Source of the DNA: the human T2T-CHM13v2.0 reference genome, Homo sapiens
DNA length: 64,000 nucleotides
Reading direction: 5' to 3' (one strand)
NCBI RefSeq assembly: GCF_009914755.1
Contig: NC_060927.1
Within the stretch, counting starts at the first letter, position 1. Each line of letters opens with the position of its first letter. The notes under the pieces are model-generated. The model searched no databases and had not been told where the DNA came from. It worked only from the letters and a program-made list of their open reading frames with translations. The translations under genes were made by a program, and so were the position numbers. Shown piece after piece: positions 1 to 13,875 of this stretch.

Positions 1-98
1 AATTAGTTTATTTTTCTTACTTGGGTATCAAGGCATCCAGTAATCAGCTAATATTGCAGATAGATGGACATTCAAATGATGTCTTAGAACACTAAGAA

Positions 99-286
99 CA
101 GCATCAATATTTTGGGCCAGATAATTTTTTGGCATGGAGAGATTGTAGGATGTTTAGTGGTATCGTAGTCTTTTATCCACTAGATGCTAGTAGCACCTGA
201 CCCTCTAGCTCATGACAATGAAAAATGTTTGTAGATATTGCTGCATTTCCCTTGTGGGACAAAATCACTGTGGTTGAAAAGCACTG
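99..286 (-). mobile_element. MER20 hAT-Charlie DNA transposon remnant
   Basis: Matches reverse complement of MER20 consensus (ttttgggccagataat...ttgtaggatgttt...ccactagatgc...aaaatc...gttgaaaagcactg). Confidence 0.85.
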
Positions 287-329
287 CTTTACACACACAC
301 ACACGAACACACACAGAGTGGCGTGTATC

Positions 330-585
330 TTATGTCAAGTTCTATGTTACCGCTTATATACCTTATTGAACTTAAGCATCACAAAGAGTCTAGGAGGTAG
401 ATATTGTTAGCCTCCTTGAACAGATGGGAAATGTATGAATGGGCATCCCCAGTTAGCAGATGAATGAAGGTAACCAAGGCTTACAGAGTTTATTTAGGTA
501 AATTGTCCAAGGCCTCCTCCTTATTCAGCAGTAGAACTGAGATTCAAATCTAGGCCTGGTAGATTCCAAAAGCTTTGTGCTTGTC
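330..585 (-). mobile_element. MIR SINE
   Basis: Reverse MIR core: cagatgggaaa...aaattgtccaagg...agtagaactgagattcaaatctagg. Confidence 0.7.
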
Positions 586-2061
586 CTTTTCCCTTTTATA
601 TTATGCAATGTTTTCTCTGATTTATTCTTAGCTTTTATCTCTCCTTCCTAACTGCTGAGACTGCACATCAGCAAAACCTCCTCACCCTAAATACTGTGAT
701 GTGTCACCTGCCCAAAATCGAGCCTTGCAAATAGCTGGGTTTTACACACTCGCCTTTCCCTTAGCAGTCTTTGCAAAGCAAAACTACCTTCTTTGCACAC
801 TCAGGGAATCCTTCTTGTTCCATTACAGCTGCTTTATCCCATACATTAGAGAGCAGCTCAGAAAGAGCTGATAGATAACGAGACCTTGATGAGTATGGAG
901 ATTGCAGCAGCTATTTACTTAACAGAATTAATTAACAATCAGTTCAAATTATCACACGTAGTCAGGCTGCATGTAATTTAAATTGCTTTTGCACAAAGTA
1001 ATTCAGTAACAAAAAAAAGTTGGATAGAGGTTACTGGAATGTAAGAACATGCGGCGAATACAGTATACAGCCAAGTGGTATATGATTCTCTTTTTAATTT
1101 TGTGACAATTTTAAGTATAGCATTTTGAATGTAAGTGGTGTGCTACATTAAGCAACCATTTGGAGCACACTAGGCTTGTACTGAGAGAATTTTATGGAGA
1201 AGTTAAACTGCCATTCATAAAGTTATTTTAATTCTATATCTCTGTTTATATTTTTATTTTTTCTCATTCCTCAGTGGGAACTATCTGTTGCTCATTAGAA
1301 AATCATCTGACATACACACATTTGAGAACCCAGTCTGTTCAACCCAGAATTCTGACATCTGAAGTGAGTCACAATTTTTGGGTGAATGTTACTGACATCT
1401 TCCATCTTTTATAGATGATGCTAACAATAATTTCATCAGATTCAGATTCCTTCCTTTATTGTATTATTCGACATTGCACCCAAAGTACTGTAAAGTAGCA
1501 TAAGCTCAAAGTAGAAACATAAAAAGTAGTGTCATATCTTCTGTAGAGAAAATTATTTTAGAGTTAAATAAGGAACTCGTGAAACTATATTTGGGATGTT
1601 ATTCATAGTTCTTGACATTAATTTAGAGAAAATAATTTTTACCAATAGTTAAAAACAAACCAAAATTAGGACAAAAAATAGAAGCTCATCTATATTTCTT
1701 GGAAAAAAAATTAAAGTGAATGTTAAACAGTTTGGGCTACAGGTAATTGCAAGAACAAATGGACATAAACTTAAGTCAGAGAAAAGATAGACAGCTAGTT
1801 AAGTTTTTATTACTGTTGAGCAAATGTTATTAATTTAATTCAATTAACATTTATTGAGTACCCACATGCAACAGATGAATCAATGTGACAGGAGCTATTA
1901 ATTTATTTACTCTAAGTTATTAAGAAAACGTTTTAATGATTTTCATTTTTGATCACTAAATGTGACTTTGTAATTTTTGCATCCATGTTTTCTCTCATTT
2001 GACTCTTCATAGATAAAAGCATTCAAATGATGAATAAGTACTAGGTCCTCTGATTCTATTC

Positions 2062-2768
2062 TTGTTTCTTCCTTTCTTTTCCCATTTTCCTTTCCCTTCT
2101 TTTTTCTTTTCCTTTTCCTTTCCCCCTTCCTTTCACTTCCTTTCCTTTCCCTTTTTCCTTTTCCTTCCTTTCTGCTTTTCTTTCTCCATTCCCTTCCCTT
2201 TGCCCTTCCCTTCCCTTCCCTTTGCCTTTCCCTTCCCTTTCCTTCCTTTCCCTTCCCTTCCTTTTGCCCTTCCCTTCCCTTCCTTTCCCTTCCCTTCCCT
2301 TCCCTTCCTTTCCCTTCCCTTCCCTTTGCCCTTCCCTTCCCTTCCTTTCCCTTCCCTTCCCTTCCCTTTGCCCTTCCCTTCCCTTCCCTTCCCTTTGCCC
2401 TTCCCTTCCCTTCCCTTCCTTTCCCTTCCCTTCCCTTTGCCTTTCCCTTCCCTTTCCTTCCTTTCCCTTCCCTTCCCTTTGCCTTTCCCTTCCCTTCCCT
2501 TTCCCTTCCCTTTCCTTCCTTTCCCTTCCCTTCCCTTTGCCCTTCCCTTCCCTTCCTTTCCTTTCTCTTTTTCCTTTTTCTTCCTTTCTGCTTTTCTTTC
2601 TCCCTTTCCTTTCCTCTCCTTTCCTTTCTTTTCCTTTCCTTACCCTTCCCTTCCCTTCCCTTTTTCCTTTTTCCTTTTCCTTCCTTTCTGCTTTTCTTTC
2701 TCCCTTCCCTTCCCTTCTTCCCTTCCCTTTGTCCTTTCCTTTCCTTTGTCCTTTCCTTCTCCCTCTCT
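2062..2768. repeat. ~700-bp polypyrimidine/polypurine tract, degenerate (CCCTT/CCTTT)n
   Basis: Almost only C/T on + strand; pentamer units with periodic tttgcc interruptions. Confidence 0.98.
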
Positions 2769-3304
2769 GGTGTAATTCCTTGACTGACCTAGCCCATCTC
2801 CATTATCAGCTTCTGCTATCCTCCAGCTCCTTCCATGTATTTTTTCCTTAAGACTTTGTCCTCTTAGTTTCTTTCTTCCTACCCTGCCCTTGAAGGCCGT
2901 ATTTGTCCACACTCACATCGTCATTGATTTCTTTGTGAAGTTGGCCACTAAATCTTCATCCAGCCATCCAAAGATGCAGGCAATATTTGCCAAGCATAAA
3001 CTACACTCCTGGCACTGCGCTAACCACTGCAGAATTCAGAGAAGCACAACAAATGGTTTCAGTCCTCAAGAAGCTCACAGTAATCACAAATTACAGCTTC
3101 ACACTTGTAACTGTCTATTGGACATTTTTTGTGGGTAACTAGCGAAATCCTTTCAATTATGATGCCTCTTTCTACTAAGCCCCTCATTCTTCTCCCCAAA
3201 CTGGAATAACTCTGGCTATCCCTGGAGAATTCACAGTTCAATTTGTCTTTATTGTATTGTCATTTTTCCAGTTCCCTGGGCTTAAAACTATTATTTGACT
3301 GGCC

Positions 3305-3620
3305 CTGTCCCTCCATCCAATCATTTACAAGTTCTTATTTATTCTTCCTACTAAACATCTCTCAAGTCCGTGTCTGCTTTTTCATTTCCATTACTGCCAC
3401 TCAGATTTAATCTTCTCTGCCCTCACATCTGGACTCTTTTTCAGCAGTCATTGGCTCTGAATACAGTGACAACTCTCTTCAAGATATCTTATGCATTATA
3501 ATCAAAATTATACTTTGGACAATATTCTTCTCGTCATATTAGTCATAAAGAAAGCAAAACACACACATCATGAACACACACACACAAGTATTAATGGCTC
3601 ACTATTACCTGAATATTTTC
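3305..3620 (+). mobile_element. L2 LINE fragment
   Basis: L2-like: catccaatcatttacaagttc...aaacatctctcaagtcc...ccattactgccac...atggctcactattacct. Confidence 0.6.
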
Positions 3621-3634
3621 CCATTTTCTCTCTC

Positions 3635-4075
<441 letters not shown>

Positions 4076-5971
4076 TCTTTTTATTCTCATTTAACCTACA
4101 AATTCTATTGCCAAGTTGCCTGTGGAAACAGGTAGCTTGTTGCTAAGTTTTTCTTGTGAGCAGTAAACTCCAGAAGAGTATATGAAAATTATTAGATAAG
4201 ACTTTAAGGTAGGGTGATTTTAATTTTAGTTCTAGGCCAAAACATTTAAAATGAGTGTATATTTCAAACGTATAGACCATTTTTTAAGCTATAATGGTGA
4301 ATTATGTTTTCCCTTGGATTTAAACTATACTCCAGCTTAGAATTTAGTACTGTAGTTATCCGTGGCTGAAATCAGACCAAGGCAGACAAGTGACATTTCA
4401 AGGTATAAGCTACCAAACCATTAACAAATTATTGTGGTTAGTAAAAGGAGTTAATTGAAGTGACACTGTATAGAGAAAAAAAGTTTTTTTCCTTTGTATG
4501 AAAATTTTGTGAAGTTCATTCAAATGTTAGAGGTGATTTTTGTTGTTAAAATGTATGATTATACTCTCTGCAGCTTGGTAGGTAATAATACAATATATAA
4601 AATACAGGAAATCATTCAACATGATCAAACGTGGTGAAAATTATCAGCCAGGGTCAGAATCATCTTTCTTTACATGTGTAGATCACTATTATTTTTATAT
4701 TGAGTAAAATTTGAAAACATACTATGGCTGAAGACAGAACAAAATTAGGAAGAGGAAGATTCCTTGACATTGAGAAAAGCATAATAAAAGGTGATTGATA
4801 CCCAAAGAAGCTATGTTTTCAAGAAAAAATATATTTTCTTCTTTGAAAGCTGGGTAATAAAGCTGAGTGGATAATTTTCTCCAGTTGAGGGATGAAGGCT
4901 TCTAAAATTTCCTCACCTTTTTGAAATGAATGGAAATAAGTAACTATGGAGTATTCAATTGCTACATCCTGATAGATTGGATAAGACAAAACCTTGGGTT
5001 CATTAAATCTAATTGGGGAGGGAGGATAAATAAGATACATATATTTGACATTTTTTCTTTAATTTTCAAATGGCAGCTCTGGTTGGAAGACGTCCTTTAA
5101 AGACTTTCAAGTTAAAGTCACAGTCGTATAAATCGTTGTTTTGATTTGTCTTCTGTAGCACTTCAACTAAAACCCTGCCTCAAGAAACGTTAGATGAAAT
5201 GTTTATCAAGGGCTACGACAAGAGGACATTTTAAGCCTTTTCAATCAGGCTTGGTAAATCTTTTTTAAAAAGAGAGAAAAGGCTAAAGTATATTATTCCT
5301 CCAGAAATAATAGAAGTGAGTGTTCAAGGTGAAAAGGATTAAAGAGTACAAAAGAACTGAGGGAAGAAGGCTGAGCATGGCCCCCTCCCCAAGCTTCCCC
5401 AACACCTGCAAAGCAACTTCAATTTTTGGGGGCTGAAGTGGGCTTTTTTTTTTTTTTTATCTAACTATTCTGGATAATTACTTCAGTTTTCTGCCCGCCA
5501 CTATACTTTGCACCTGTAGACAGACATAGGCTAAGTGATGTACTTTTATAGCTAGATCATAAGCTGGTAACGAGGAACAATTGACTCCTAAGAGATAGTT
5601 GAATCTTCTTCAGACATGAAAGCAGTTTGCAATTATGAGTCTCCATTTCATTTTTATGCAGTTACCTTCAGTTTAATGTTTGTAAAAAGTGTCTCAAGAA
5701 ATAAAGATTATGTTATCTGAGAAAAAAATAGTTAGCAGTTTTTATAGTTTGATGCACTTGGATTAATAATAGGTTTAGGGCTCTGAAAAAATAAATGAAG
5801 CCAATCAGGCTATAAACTCATGCATGATTGGTATTACATATACAGTCAATTTTTTTACTATCAGTGTTTAAATATAAATGTTAAAAATAAACCATAATTA
5901 TTCAAAATATTCTCTATTATGTTAAAACCATCACAATTTATTCATCCGAACTATTTGAATGTCACTTAAAG

Positions 5972-6142
5972 TCTCTTATGTGCATTATCACATTTGAAGC
6001 TCACAACAGTTTTGCAAAGTATTATTATCATTATTACATGAATGAGGAAACTGATAGAGGGTCAGAGATTTTAGTGGTTTGCCCAAGATTACCCCGCTGG
6101 TAAGGGGCAGAGCTAGTACTTGAACTTACGTCTTCTAATTCC
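5972..6142 (-). mobile_element. MIR SINE
   Basis: atgaggaaactga...ttgcccaagatt...ggcagagctag...ttgaac. Confidence 0.8.
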
Positions 6143-6479
6143 TATGGCAGTCAGACTTTGCATTTCGAAACTGCTTCAGAAACGAAGCACTCTGATATGA
6201 GCTTGAGATACTTTTCTGAAATAAAACTGCTTTGTCCCTTCTGACTTACCCCTCTCCAGGTTAATTGATCCTGCTGGTATTTGATTAGGAGGTACTTTTT
6301 ATGTAGGTTCAAACCTAGAATTCCTATTTGATAACTAATAACTGCTTTTTCCAAACTTAGCCCTCAAAGCCCACTATAAGAAGCTTCCTACAACTGTCCC
6401 CTGCAACTCCAATCCCAATTGTTTCCTTTGGGAGCCCCCAGAAATCCAGGTTGATATCCTTACTAGATCCCTTAGTTTA

Positions 6480-6640
6480 GTTTATAGTACTGTGATTAAT
6501 TTTGGATGTATTTCTCCTCTCCTTTCTGTTGTGAACTCCTTGAGGAAATACATAAGCCATTCAGCTCAATTTCTCAGAACCTAGCATGGTGTCTGGCAGA
6601 AAGCAAGTAATAAATACATTTTAGCCAACTGATGAACTGA
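6480..6640 (+). mobile_element. L2 3' end
   Basis: tgtgaactccttgagg...cctagcatggtgtctggcaga...aataaatacattt. Confidence 0.65.
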
Positions 6641-6959
6641 CAGACTAAAGGTGGCGTGTCTTGGTTTTCAGTTGACAATGGACTCATCCTTAGGGGAGGT
6701 TTTCTGAGTACATCCCAGTGGTCCTCTTTCCACATTCTCTGTAGACTAACTGATCCTAGTAAAAGTCTATAAATTTCTGTCTTTTGTGGTAAAACACATC
6801 TTGGTATTTTATTTTGATTTGAATGCAACATTTGCATTGATATCTGTAGAACTGTGAAAATAAAAAAAGATACAAATAAATTAAAATCTATAATTCTACC
6901 ATTTTAAACACATTGTTATATTTGTTTCACAAAAATGTAAATATCTGGTATATGTGGAA

Positions 6960-7172
6960 TTTATGTTTATAGATGTATATGTATATATCTACATATTTAT
7001 ATTTATGCTTTATATTTGCATATTAGGATATATATTCTAATTCTACTTTATATATAAATCCATATACAATTAGAATATATATCAACATAATTAGATTAAT
7101 AACAAATATACTATTCTAATTAGATATCTGATTAATACTACATATTCTAATTATAATTTATATATATATATA
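6960..7172. repeat. AT-rich low-complexity tract
   Basis: TA-rich with recurring tattctaatt units, ending in (TA)n. Confidence 0.8.
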
Positions 7173-7208
7173 AACTTGTAGTGCTTCCTAGATGTCATTC
7201 ATTTTTCT

Positions 7209-7421
7209 AAGAGTTTTGCATATATTAACCCATTTAATACTCCCAGCAACCCTATGTGGTAGGTACTGCTAGTGTCATTCCCATTTTTCACATGAGGACA
7301 CAGAAAACGCGGGGATATCAAATAACTTACCCAGAGTCACATAACCAGTAAGTGATGGAGCTAGAATTTTAACTAAGGCAGCCTGGCTCCAAGTCCATGT
7401 TCCTAACTAATAGGCTATACT
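7209..7421 (-). mobile_element. MIR SINE
   Basis: catttaat...caaccctatg...cccattttt...atgagga...gtcaca...agtaagtgatggagctagaatt...cctggctcca. Confidence 0.85.
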
Positions 7422-7529
7422 ATCTAGATAGAGATTTTTTAAGTGGAATTTTATTGAATATAATGTATTATAGATGTTACCGTTGTATAGTAACCATTTC
7501 CCTTCATCCTAAAGCTTATTGAAAAACAT

Positions 7530-8056
7530 ACTCAGGTCTCTGCTCAAATGTCACCTCCTGGGTGAGGCAGGCCTTCCCTTACCTGACATCAAAAACAGTG
7601 CTTCCCAATCAGGGCAGATTTTGCCCCCCAAGGGAATGGATATTTGGCAATGTCTGGAGATAATGTTTATTGTTATGACTGGGCTAGATGCGCTAGCATT
7701 TTGTGGGTGGAGGCCAGGGATGCTGCTGAACAACCTATTATGCACAGGGACCCCTTCCCCTCACCACCAAAACCCATAAAAAATGTGGTTTCAAATGTCA
7801 ATTGTGCCAAGATTCAGAAATCCTTTAATCTCATAGCCCTGATCACCAGCCATTGCTATCACATCACTCTTTCATTTTTCTGCACAGTGATTTTTAAAAA
7901 TATTTTATTTGTTTACTTGCTTATGGTGTACATGTATTTCCCACCCTTGACCAAAATGCTGCCTAATGAAAGTTTGTCTGTGTCAATTAACTGCTATATC
8001 CTAAAAGAGGACCTGGGAGACCGTAGGTACTCAACATACAGGGAATTAAAGAATGC
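7530..8056 (+). mobile_element. L2 fragment interrupted by MER20
   Basis: tcaggtctctgctcaaatgtcacctcc before and gtaggtactcaa...gaattaaagaatg after the MER20. Confidence 0.65.
7596..7824 (+). mobile_element. MER20 DNA transposon
   Basis: cagtgcttcccaatc...attttgcccccca...atttggcaatgtctggaga...ggccagggatgctgct...aaatgtcaattgtgccaagattcagaaatcct. Confidence 0.9.
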
Positions 8057-8989
8057 TTAGCATTTCTTACATGGTGAATCATAAGCTAACAGTTCCCCCA
8101 TTCAGTACAAACGTAGATAGTTTCTATTTTTTGATACCATGAATACTCTTGAAATAAGCATTGTTGTCATGATTTTAAAATATTTATTGATTTGTGTAGG
8201 TTGAATTAATAGAAAAGGACCTATTGAATTAATGGTTGAATTTCTCAAGCTTTTAATATAATTTGCTAATTGCCTTCCAGAAAGATTGCGTCCATATAGA
8301 CTTGTACCAAGAGGGATTGGGAGAAGTTTGTCTATGCTCTGAGCTTTCTAGGTTTTACCACTAAAATATTTTATTTTTATCAATTTAAAAGGAACTTTGA
8401 TTTAAGTGTCCAATTTTTCCTAGAGCTGAAAAAACAGTTTTTCACTGTAAGAGGTAGAAGGTGTTTTCATATCCACCACCTTTCTGTGGAAGTTTTGTTT
8501 CACAACTAGATTCATTGGTAATCTGAAATCTCTTGCATGATATCGAATTGGGCAGTTAAGGACATCCATTCTGTATTTATAAATCAGTAAATTAGTGTTG
8601 AAAAATACTTACTGAATGATCATTGAACCTGGTTTATTTAGCTAGTTCTGTCTCTGAGTTATGAGGGCTTGGGGGTGACATACTGTTGGATGGACTTAAG
8701 AGGCTCCCTATCAGCATCTATCAGGTTAATATCCATTTGTGATGTGCCTGTATAAATGTAGGATAGAAATAAGATGTATACAGAGGCCTTGGAGAGGCCA
8801 GAAATCAAGCCACATTTTTGGAAGGACAAGAAATCACAGGAGCGAGGGAACAGAGGAGCAAATCATATGCTTATTTTTAAACTCCTTTTGCCCACTCTGT
8901 GTGCCCAATGAACTATGGAATCTATCAAAAGGCCTCACTGGGGATTTAAGATCTATTTTCTTGATAGTCCACTTGGTGGAAATTTAGCC

Positions 8990-9272
8990 CAGTGGTCTCC
9001 AAAGTGGCATATGTATACCTGGAGGAGGTGCAAACCTATGCAATGGGGTTAAAACACTTATTTCTATTTTTAAATCCTAATATGATAACTATTTCTGCAT
9101 GTTTTATAACGTATAGTACAGTGAATATGGTAGCATGTGCCTCCATTGTGTATGCATGTGCACATGGATGTATATAGATGCATATAGGCATGCATTAGGT
9201 GGGCTTGCTATTTTTCCCTTTTTTACTAGTAAAGGTTTATAAGCTTTACAATAAAAAATCTGGAGACCACTG
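8990..9272. mobile_element. hAT-Charlie MITE (MER113-like)
   Basis: Perfect 12-bp terminal inverted repeats cagtggtctcca (8990-9001) and tggagaccactg (9261-9272). Confidence 0.8.
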
Positions 9273-10379
9273 GTCTGAGTAATAGACTGAGGTCAGTACT
9301 CTACATCCCTCTTTTACTAAAAAAATTCAATTTTCTTTTGCTTCCTTTCGGTACCCAGGGTGTGGTTGCTGGAACGTTTACAGCCACAGCAGCTGCAGTA
9401 GTGGCCTGAGTAGACTTTTCCTCAGAGTTTCTATAGTGGTAACAGGATTAACAGACTCTATTCTGGAAGTACTTGGGTGGCATAACACCTCCCAGCAGAA
9501 CTATTCCTGACAAGGATGTGCAGATGGAAATGCATATTTATGTCACTTAAAGCCTACAAGAGACACAAGGATTTGAGCTATAACAATAAATAGAAAAAAA
9601 AATTCTTCAGCATTTTTGGTAACCCATACTCAAGTGCATTGACTGTGCTTGGCGAAAGACCTACAGTTTGCTCTTTGTCCAAGCATAAAATATTCAGCAT
9701 TCAAGCATGTTGAGGTGAACTATTCTGAATATATTTTAGAGTGTTAAAATAAGCTACCACAAAGTTAGTTTAAAATTTCAGGTCTTAAAAATAACAGGAC
9801 AATTTTATGAAGTGTTTGGGCCATTTCAAGAAAAAAAAGTCCCCTTTAAAAAAGAATGTTCATTTGTTCCAATTTTTAGTAAAGGCAGGTTTAAAAAAAT
9901 TATTTCTAAACACCAAATAGTCATTATAGTCAAGGCTTTCAAGTTTAAGGTATTGTCTGCATCACAGTCCTTGAAACAGCCTCTCCTAGCTTTCTTCTAA
10001 AACACCTTTAAAAATATGGAAAAACAAGAATGCTCACATCTGCAAATTTGGGTTTGATAGTATTGGGAAAGATTTACACTAAATATCAACCCATTAGAAT
10101 TGAACTGAATAATCCAATCAGTCTAGCACTTACAGAGCTCTGCTGAAAGTAGAATGGAATTAGTGTTGTTTTCTGCATGCTCCCGATTCACAAACCATAT
10201 TTTGTGTCAACAAGAAAATTAGGCTGTTAAGTTTTTTTAGAGGTGTTGATTTTTGATGTGACCAAGAGAGCTGTAGTTCTTTGTCACCTTAACTGATCCA
10301 GAAATAATTTGTTACCATAAACAGAAGAAATTTTTCAAAAATTGTGCAAGGTTTTCATTAGATTGCAAGAACAAGTTTG

Positions 10380-11110
10380 TAAAGAAAAGAGAAATACTGA
10401 GAAATAGTCTTAAGGATCAAACAAATTGGGATGAAAAACCAACAGAATGGATCCAAAGGGACATGTGTGAACCAAGAGAGATACTGAAGAATTCAAAATT
10501 GAAATGACAGAATTAAAATCTGCATCAGAAGCAGTAAAATACAGAATTGACACTGCAGAAAATATCATTAGTAACACAGAGATTAAGAGCAATTCTGAAA
10601 CTCTCCCACAGTTCAAAAGTGAAGGACAAAGAATTCAAGTTATGATGGCAAAATGATGCCAAACTCAAAGGTCAGAACATACAGATCTCACCTAAGAGAT
10701 ACAGTTTCCTGGAGAAGAAACCAAAACCATCTAAGCATAAGCGTTGTTCAAAGATGGTACTGCGATGTATTTCCTGAGCAGAAACAATTTCTGAGAGTGT
10801 GCTCCACTGCCTAAAATTTAGTAAAAAGAGACCCACAATTCTAAAAAATATTTTGAATTACAAAAATAAAGAAAAGATTTTTCAAGTACCCAGGCAAGGA
10901 AAACTAGATCAAATGAGAAATAACTGTTCCTGAAGCTGGCCTCAAATTTTTTTTGTACAAAACTAAGCATCAGAAAACAGTGGTGAGATGTATTAAAATT
11001 TTGAGAGAATAAGGTTATATTCCATGAATTTTATCCTCAGTTTGTCTTTTCTGTGTGAGAGTACAATAGTCTCATGTATTATCAGAAGAAAATATGCCGC
11101 ATTAAAAAAA
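10380..11110 (+). mobile_element. Ancient L1M/HAL1 ORF1-region remnant
   Basis: A-rich L1 ORF1-like decay: agaattgacactgcagaaaat...ttttgaattacaaaaataaagaaaagattttt...agaaaacagtgg...aattttatcc. Confidence 0.65.
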
Positions 11111-11119
11111 CTTTCTTGA

Positions 11120-11286
11120 GGCTAGGCTCAGTGTCTCATGCCTGTAATCCCAGTGCTTTGGGAGGCCGAGGTGAGAGGATAACTTGGCTCCAGGAGTTTG
11201 AAGCTGCAGTGCTGCAGTGAGCTATGATGGCACCACTCCACTCCACCTGGGAGACAGAGCAAGACCTTACCTCTTAAAAAAAAAAA
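11120..11286 (+). mobile_element. Alu monomer (FRAM-like)
   Basis: ggctaggctcagtg...tgtaatcccag runs straight into right-arm gctgcagtgagctatgat...poly(A); small gctgcagt duplication. Confidence 0.9.
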
Positions 11287-11524
11287 TTACTTCAAGTTAT
11301 ATTTTTGCTGACTGACAGCAAAAATTAAGAACTGGTGCACAATTTCTAACTGGTACAAAATTGAATTTACTACCAAAGCACTGAAGTGAATTTCAACATA
11401 CAAAACTAACCCTGGTTGGAAACATAGTCAGGACCCAGGAAGTATGTTAGTGTGTTGAGGTGTTTGGTCTCCCTTTAGAATGGCATCTGGGTATCATGTA
11501 TGAGGAAACCTTCAACAATTAATT

Positions 11525-11622
11525 TTTATTCAACAAATATTTGCTGACTGCTACTGTATCAGGCAGTGAAAATACGGGGATGAATAAAATCCTTTGCCCA
11601 CCCTTATGAAGATTTCAGTCTC
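11525..11622 (-). mobile_element. L2 3' end fragment
   Basis: attcaacaaatatttgctgactgctac...atgaataaaa...tgccc...tatgaa. Confidence 0.65.
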
Positions 11623-12069
11623 TCTGAAGCGTTCCTAGACTTGCACAAAAGAAGGTCATTTCCTTTTTTGTGCTTCCATGACATTCAGTTGTAAGTGTGT
11701 CTTTCCCACCATCAGGGAGGGGAACCATGCCTTGGCATTCCTGAGCTTAGCACAGGGCTTGGCGTAAAGGGTGAATGAATGTAGTAGCTATGCATCAGCT
11801 TACTAAGTGGTAGGTAATGACATGTTTTAAATCTGGTTCTAAGGCTGCTAGTCTATTTGCTTTTTCCCATATTATATTGCATCTAAACCAGGTACAACAA
11901 TAACTAGCACTGGTGAAATATTTTCAGATGAGAAATTTTCAGACGTGAAGTTCTTTGGAAACTGAATAGAAGTATAAAATTTTAGATGTGGAATAAACCG
12001 TAGATGTCAGTGAGTTTCCTCTCCCACATACCCATTCATCCATTCATTTATTCATTAGTGCCTGCTATA

Positions 12070-12338
12070 ATAATAAAAATAATGATAGCTAACATTCACT
12101 TCACACTATGAGAAGCTTTGCCTAAGTGCTTTAAATGAATTCTCATTTAATCTTCACAAAAACCCAATGCGGAAGTTATTATATGTTCAATTTTCCTAGT
12201 GAGGAGAATACATCTTAGAGAAGAAGGGCGCTGTGCCTTATTCATTGCTTTTTTACTAAACTGGTAAAGATTAGGAGGAAGAATTTGAATTTGGGCATTT
12301 GGATTCTACAGCCTTTCCTCTTAACCACCGTGATATAT
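12070..12338 (-). mobile_element. MIR nested in an L2 fragment (L2 ~12030-12410)
   Basis: aatgatagctaacatt...ctaagtgcttta...ctcatttaatcttcaca...gaatttgaa...cttaaccac; flanks cattcatccattcatt and gagatacaaagatgaat. Confidence 0.75.
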
Positions 12339-12664
12339 GCAGGAGATACAAAGATGAATGAGGCCTGGTTGAGCCCTCAGGAGCTTTATGGCCTATTTAA
12401 AGGAGAAACACATGTCAACAGATAGCTTACCTACAGGCATTCCTTCTGTGCTGTCTCTAACCTGATTTTGGAAACCAGTATAATTCCCCTGAATGACAAG
12501 TGACTGGTCAATGATGCCAAGGTTCAAATGGAAGGGGAAAAAGGACAATGAGGTAGATCTTGGATGATAAGGAAATTTGGCTGTTGTCCCAATCCTTGGG
12601 ACCGTGATTATATCGAGCATCATTGTTAAGGTGGTCTTGCCATTTACAGGACATTGCTAAATTT

Positions 12665-12740
12665 TTTGGCTGGGGCAAAAGTAATTGAGGTTTTGTCGTT
12701 ACTTTCAATTGGAAAAACCGCAATTTGTGCCAACCCAATA
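12665..12740. mobile_element. MADE1 (Hsmar1-derived MITE)
   Basis: ggctggggcaaaagtaattg...actttcaatt...aaaaaccgcaatt...ccaacccaata; palindromic MADE1 consensus. Confidence 0.9.
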
Positions 12741-13774
12741 GATAATGAGTGTTAGTACTCATCCTATCAGTTGGGTAGATTAGTCACCTCATTCCCTTTT
12801 AAGCACCTTGATCAATTAGGTTGTCATAGAAAAATGTCAAGTGTTCCATAGGCGAGTGCTTTGGCTCTATCCCACTTAGTAAATAACAACAACAATATTA
12901 ACCATTGCCACACCCACCCTTTATCCTTTAGGTTTCTCCCAGTGCTTTTATGTTCCACAGCTTCTCCCTGTCTCCCCAGGCTTACACAGGCAAAGGTATT
13001 CTGCTGGTCTCTTTCTCTGAAAATCTAAGGCAGGTGAACAGTCAGAGCCTTGGAGAATTGTGGGTTTGGGTAAAATTCATACTTGCTTTTGGCAACTGGA
13101 GATGAAGACTCTTTGAAACTTCAGGTCCTCTACTTTGGAAGTTCTTCTGTGTTACCATGAAGATAAAACTACTCATTTTAGCTCATTGCTAAGAGCTCAT
13201 TGGCATTTTTATTTTTGTCAAATGAGTTATAGAAAACTATACATTTTAAATCTATTTTAATAATTGGTATTTATGGATTTGTTTGTGTCTATGTGCTTAC
13301 AAGTTAGCACTTTGGATAGGTTGGTTTTCGGTAAAGCAATTCTTCACTACTGCTAGATCTGCTTTGGGCTAATCTCACTTAAATTGAATTCCAAATAAAT
13401 TTGAAGAGACTCAAAAGGGTTGAAAACAGTAATAGAAATTCCAAAAGAATAATACTTAAGATGGAACCTTAGGGCCTCCTAGGTTACTCAGACATCCTTA
13501 CCACTTAGCTAATGGACTATTCAAACCTGAAGTGAGCCAGCCATACTTTGTACAAAGTTGTCTCTTGGTGATAGAAACTGGTATAAATATACAGGTGCCT
13601 CCTATTAAATAATTGTGGTAGACTGGAAAGAGTATTTCCTCCCTAAGATAGCTCCATAAGTCATTAGAAGATACTGCTGATGTTTTAAAGGAATGCTATT
13701 TGCTATTGTCAAGGTCAATCTGAGAGGAATGCCTTTTCAGGTGATCAGCTTGGTAAGCCCAAATGGTATACCTA

Positions 13775-13875
13775 CATAATTTATATATCATGACCTGGAG
13801 TGCTTGTTGAAACACATATTGCTATGTTATACTTTCAGAATGTCTGATTCTGTGAGTATGAGTTAGGGGCAGGCT
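13775..13875 (+). mobile_element. MER5-type hAT fragment
   Basis: acctggagtgcttgttgaaacacatattgct...tctgattctgtg. Confidence 0.55.

Noticed and set aside
2062-2912. 237-aa, 209-aa and 90-aa ORFs rich in F/P/S/L or G/K/R/E
   Set aside because: Artefacts of the purine-free CT tract, which cannot encode stops; non-ATG starts.
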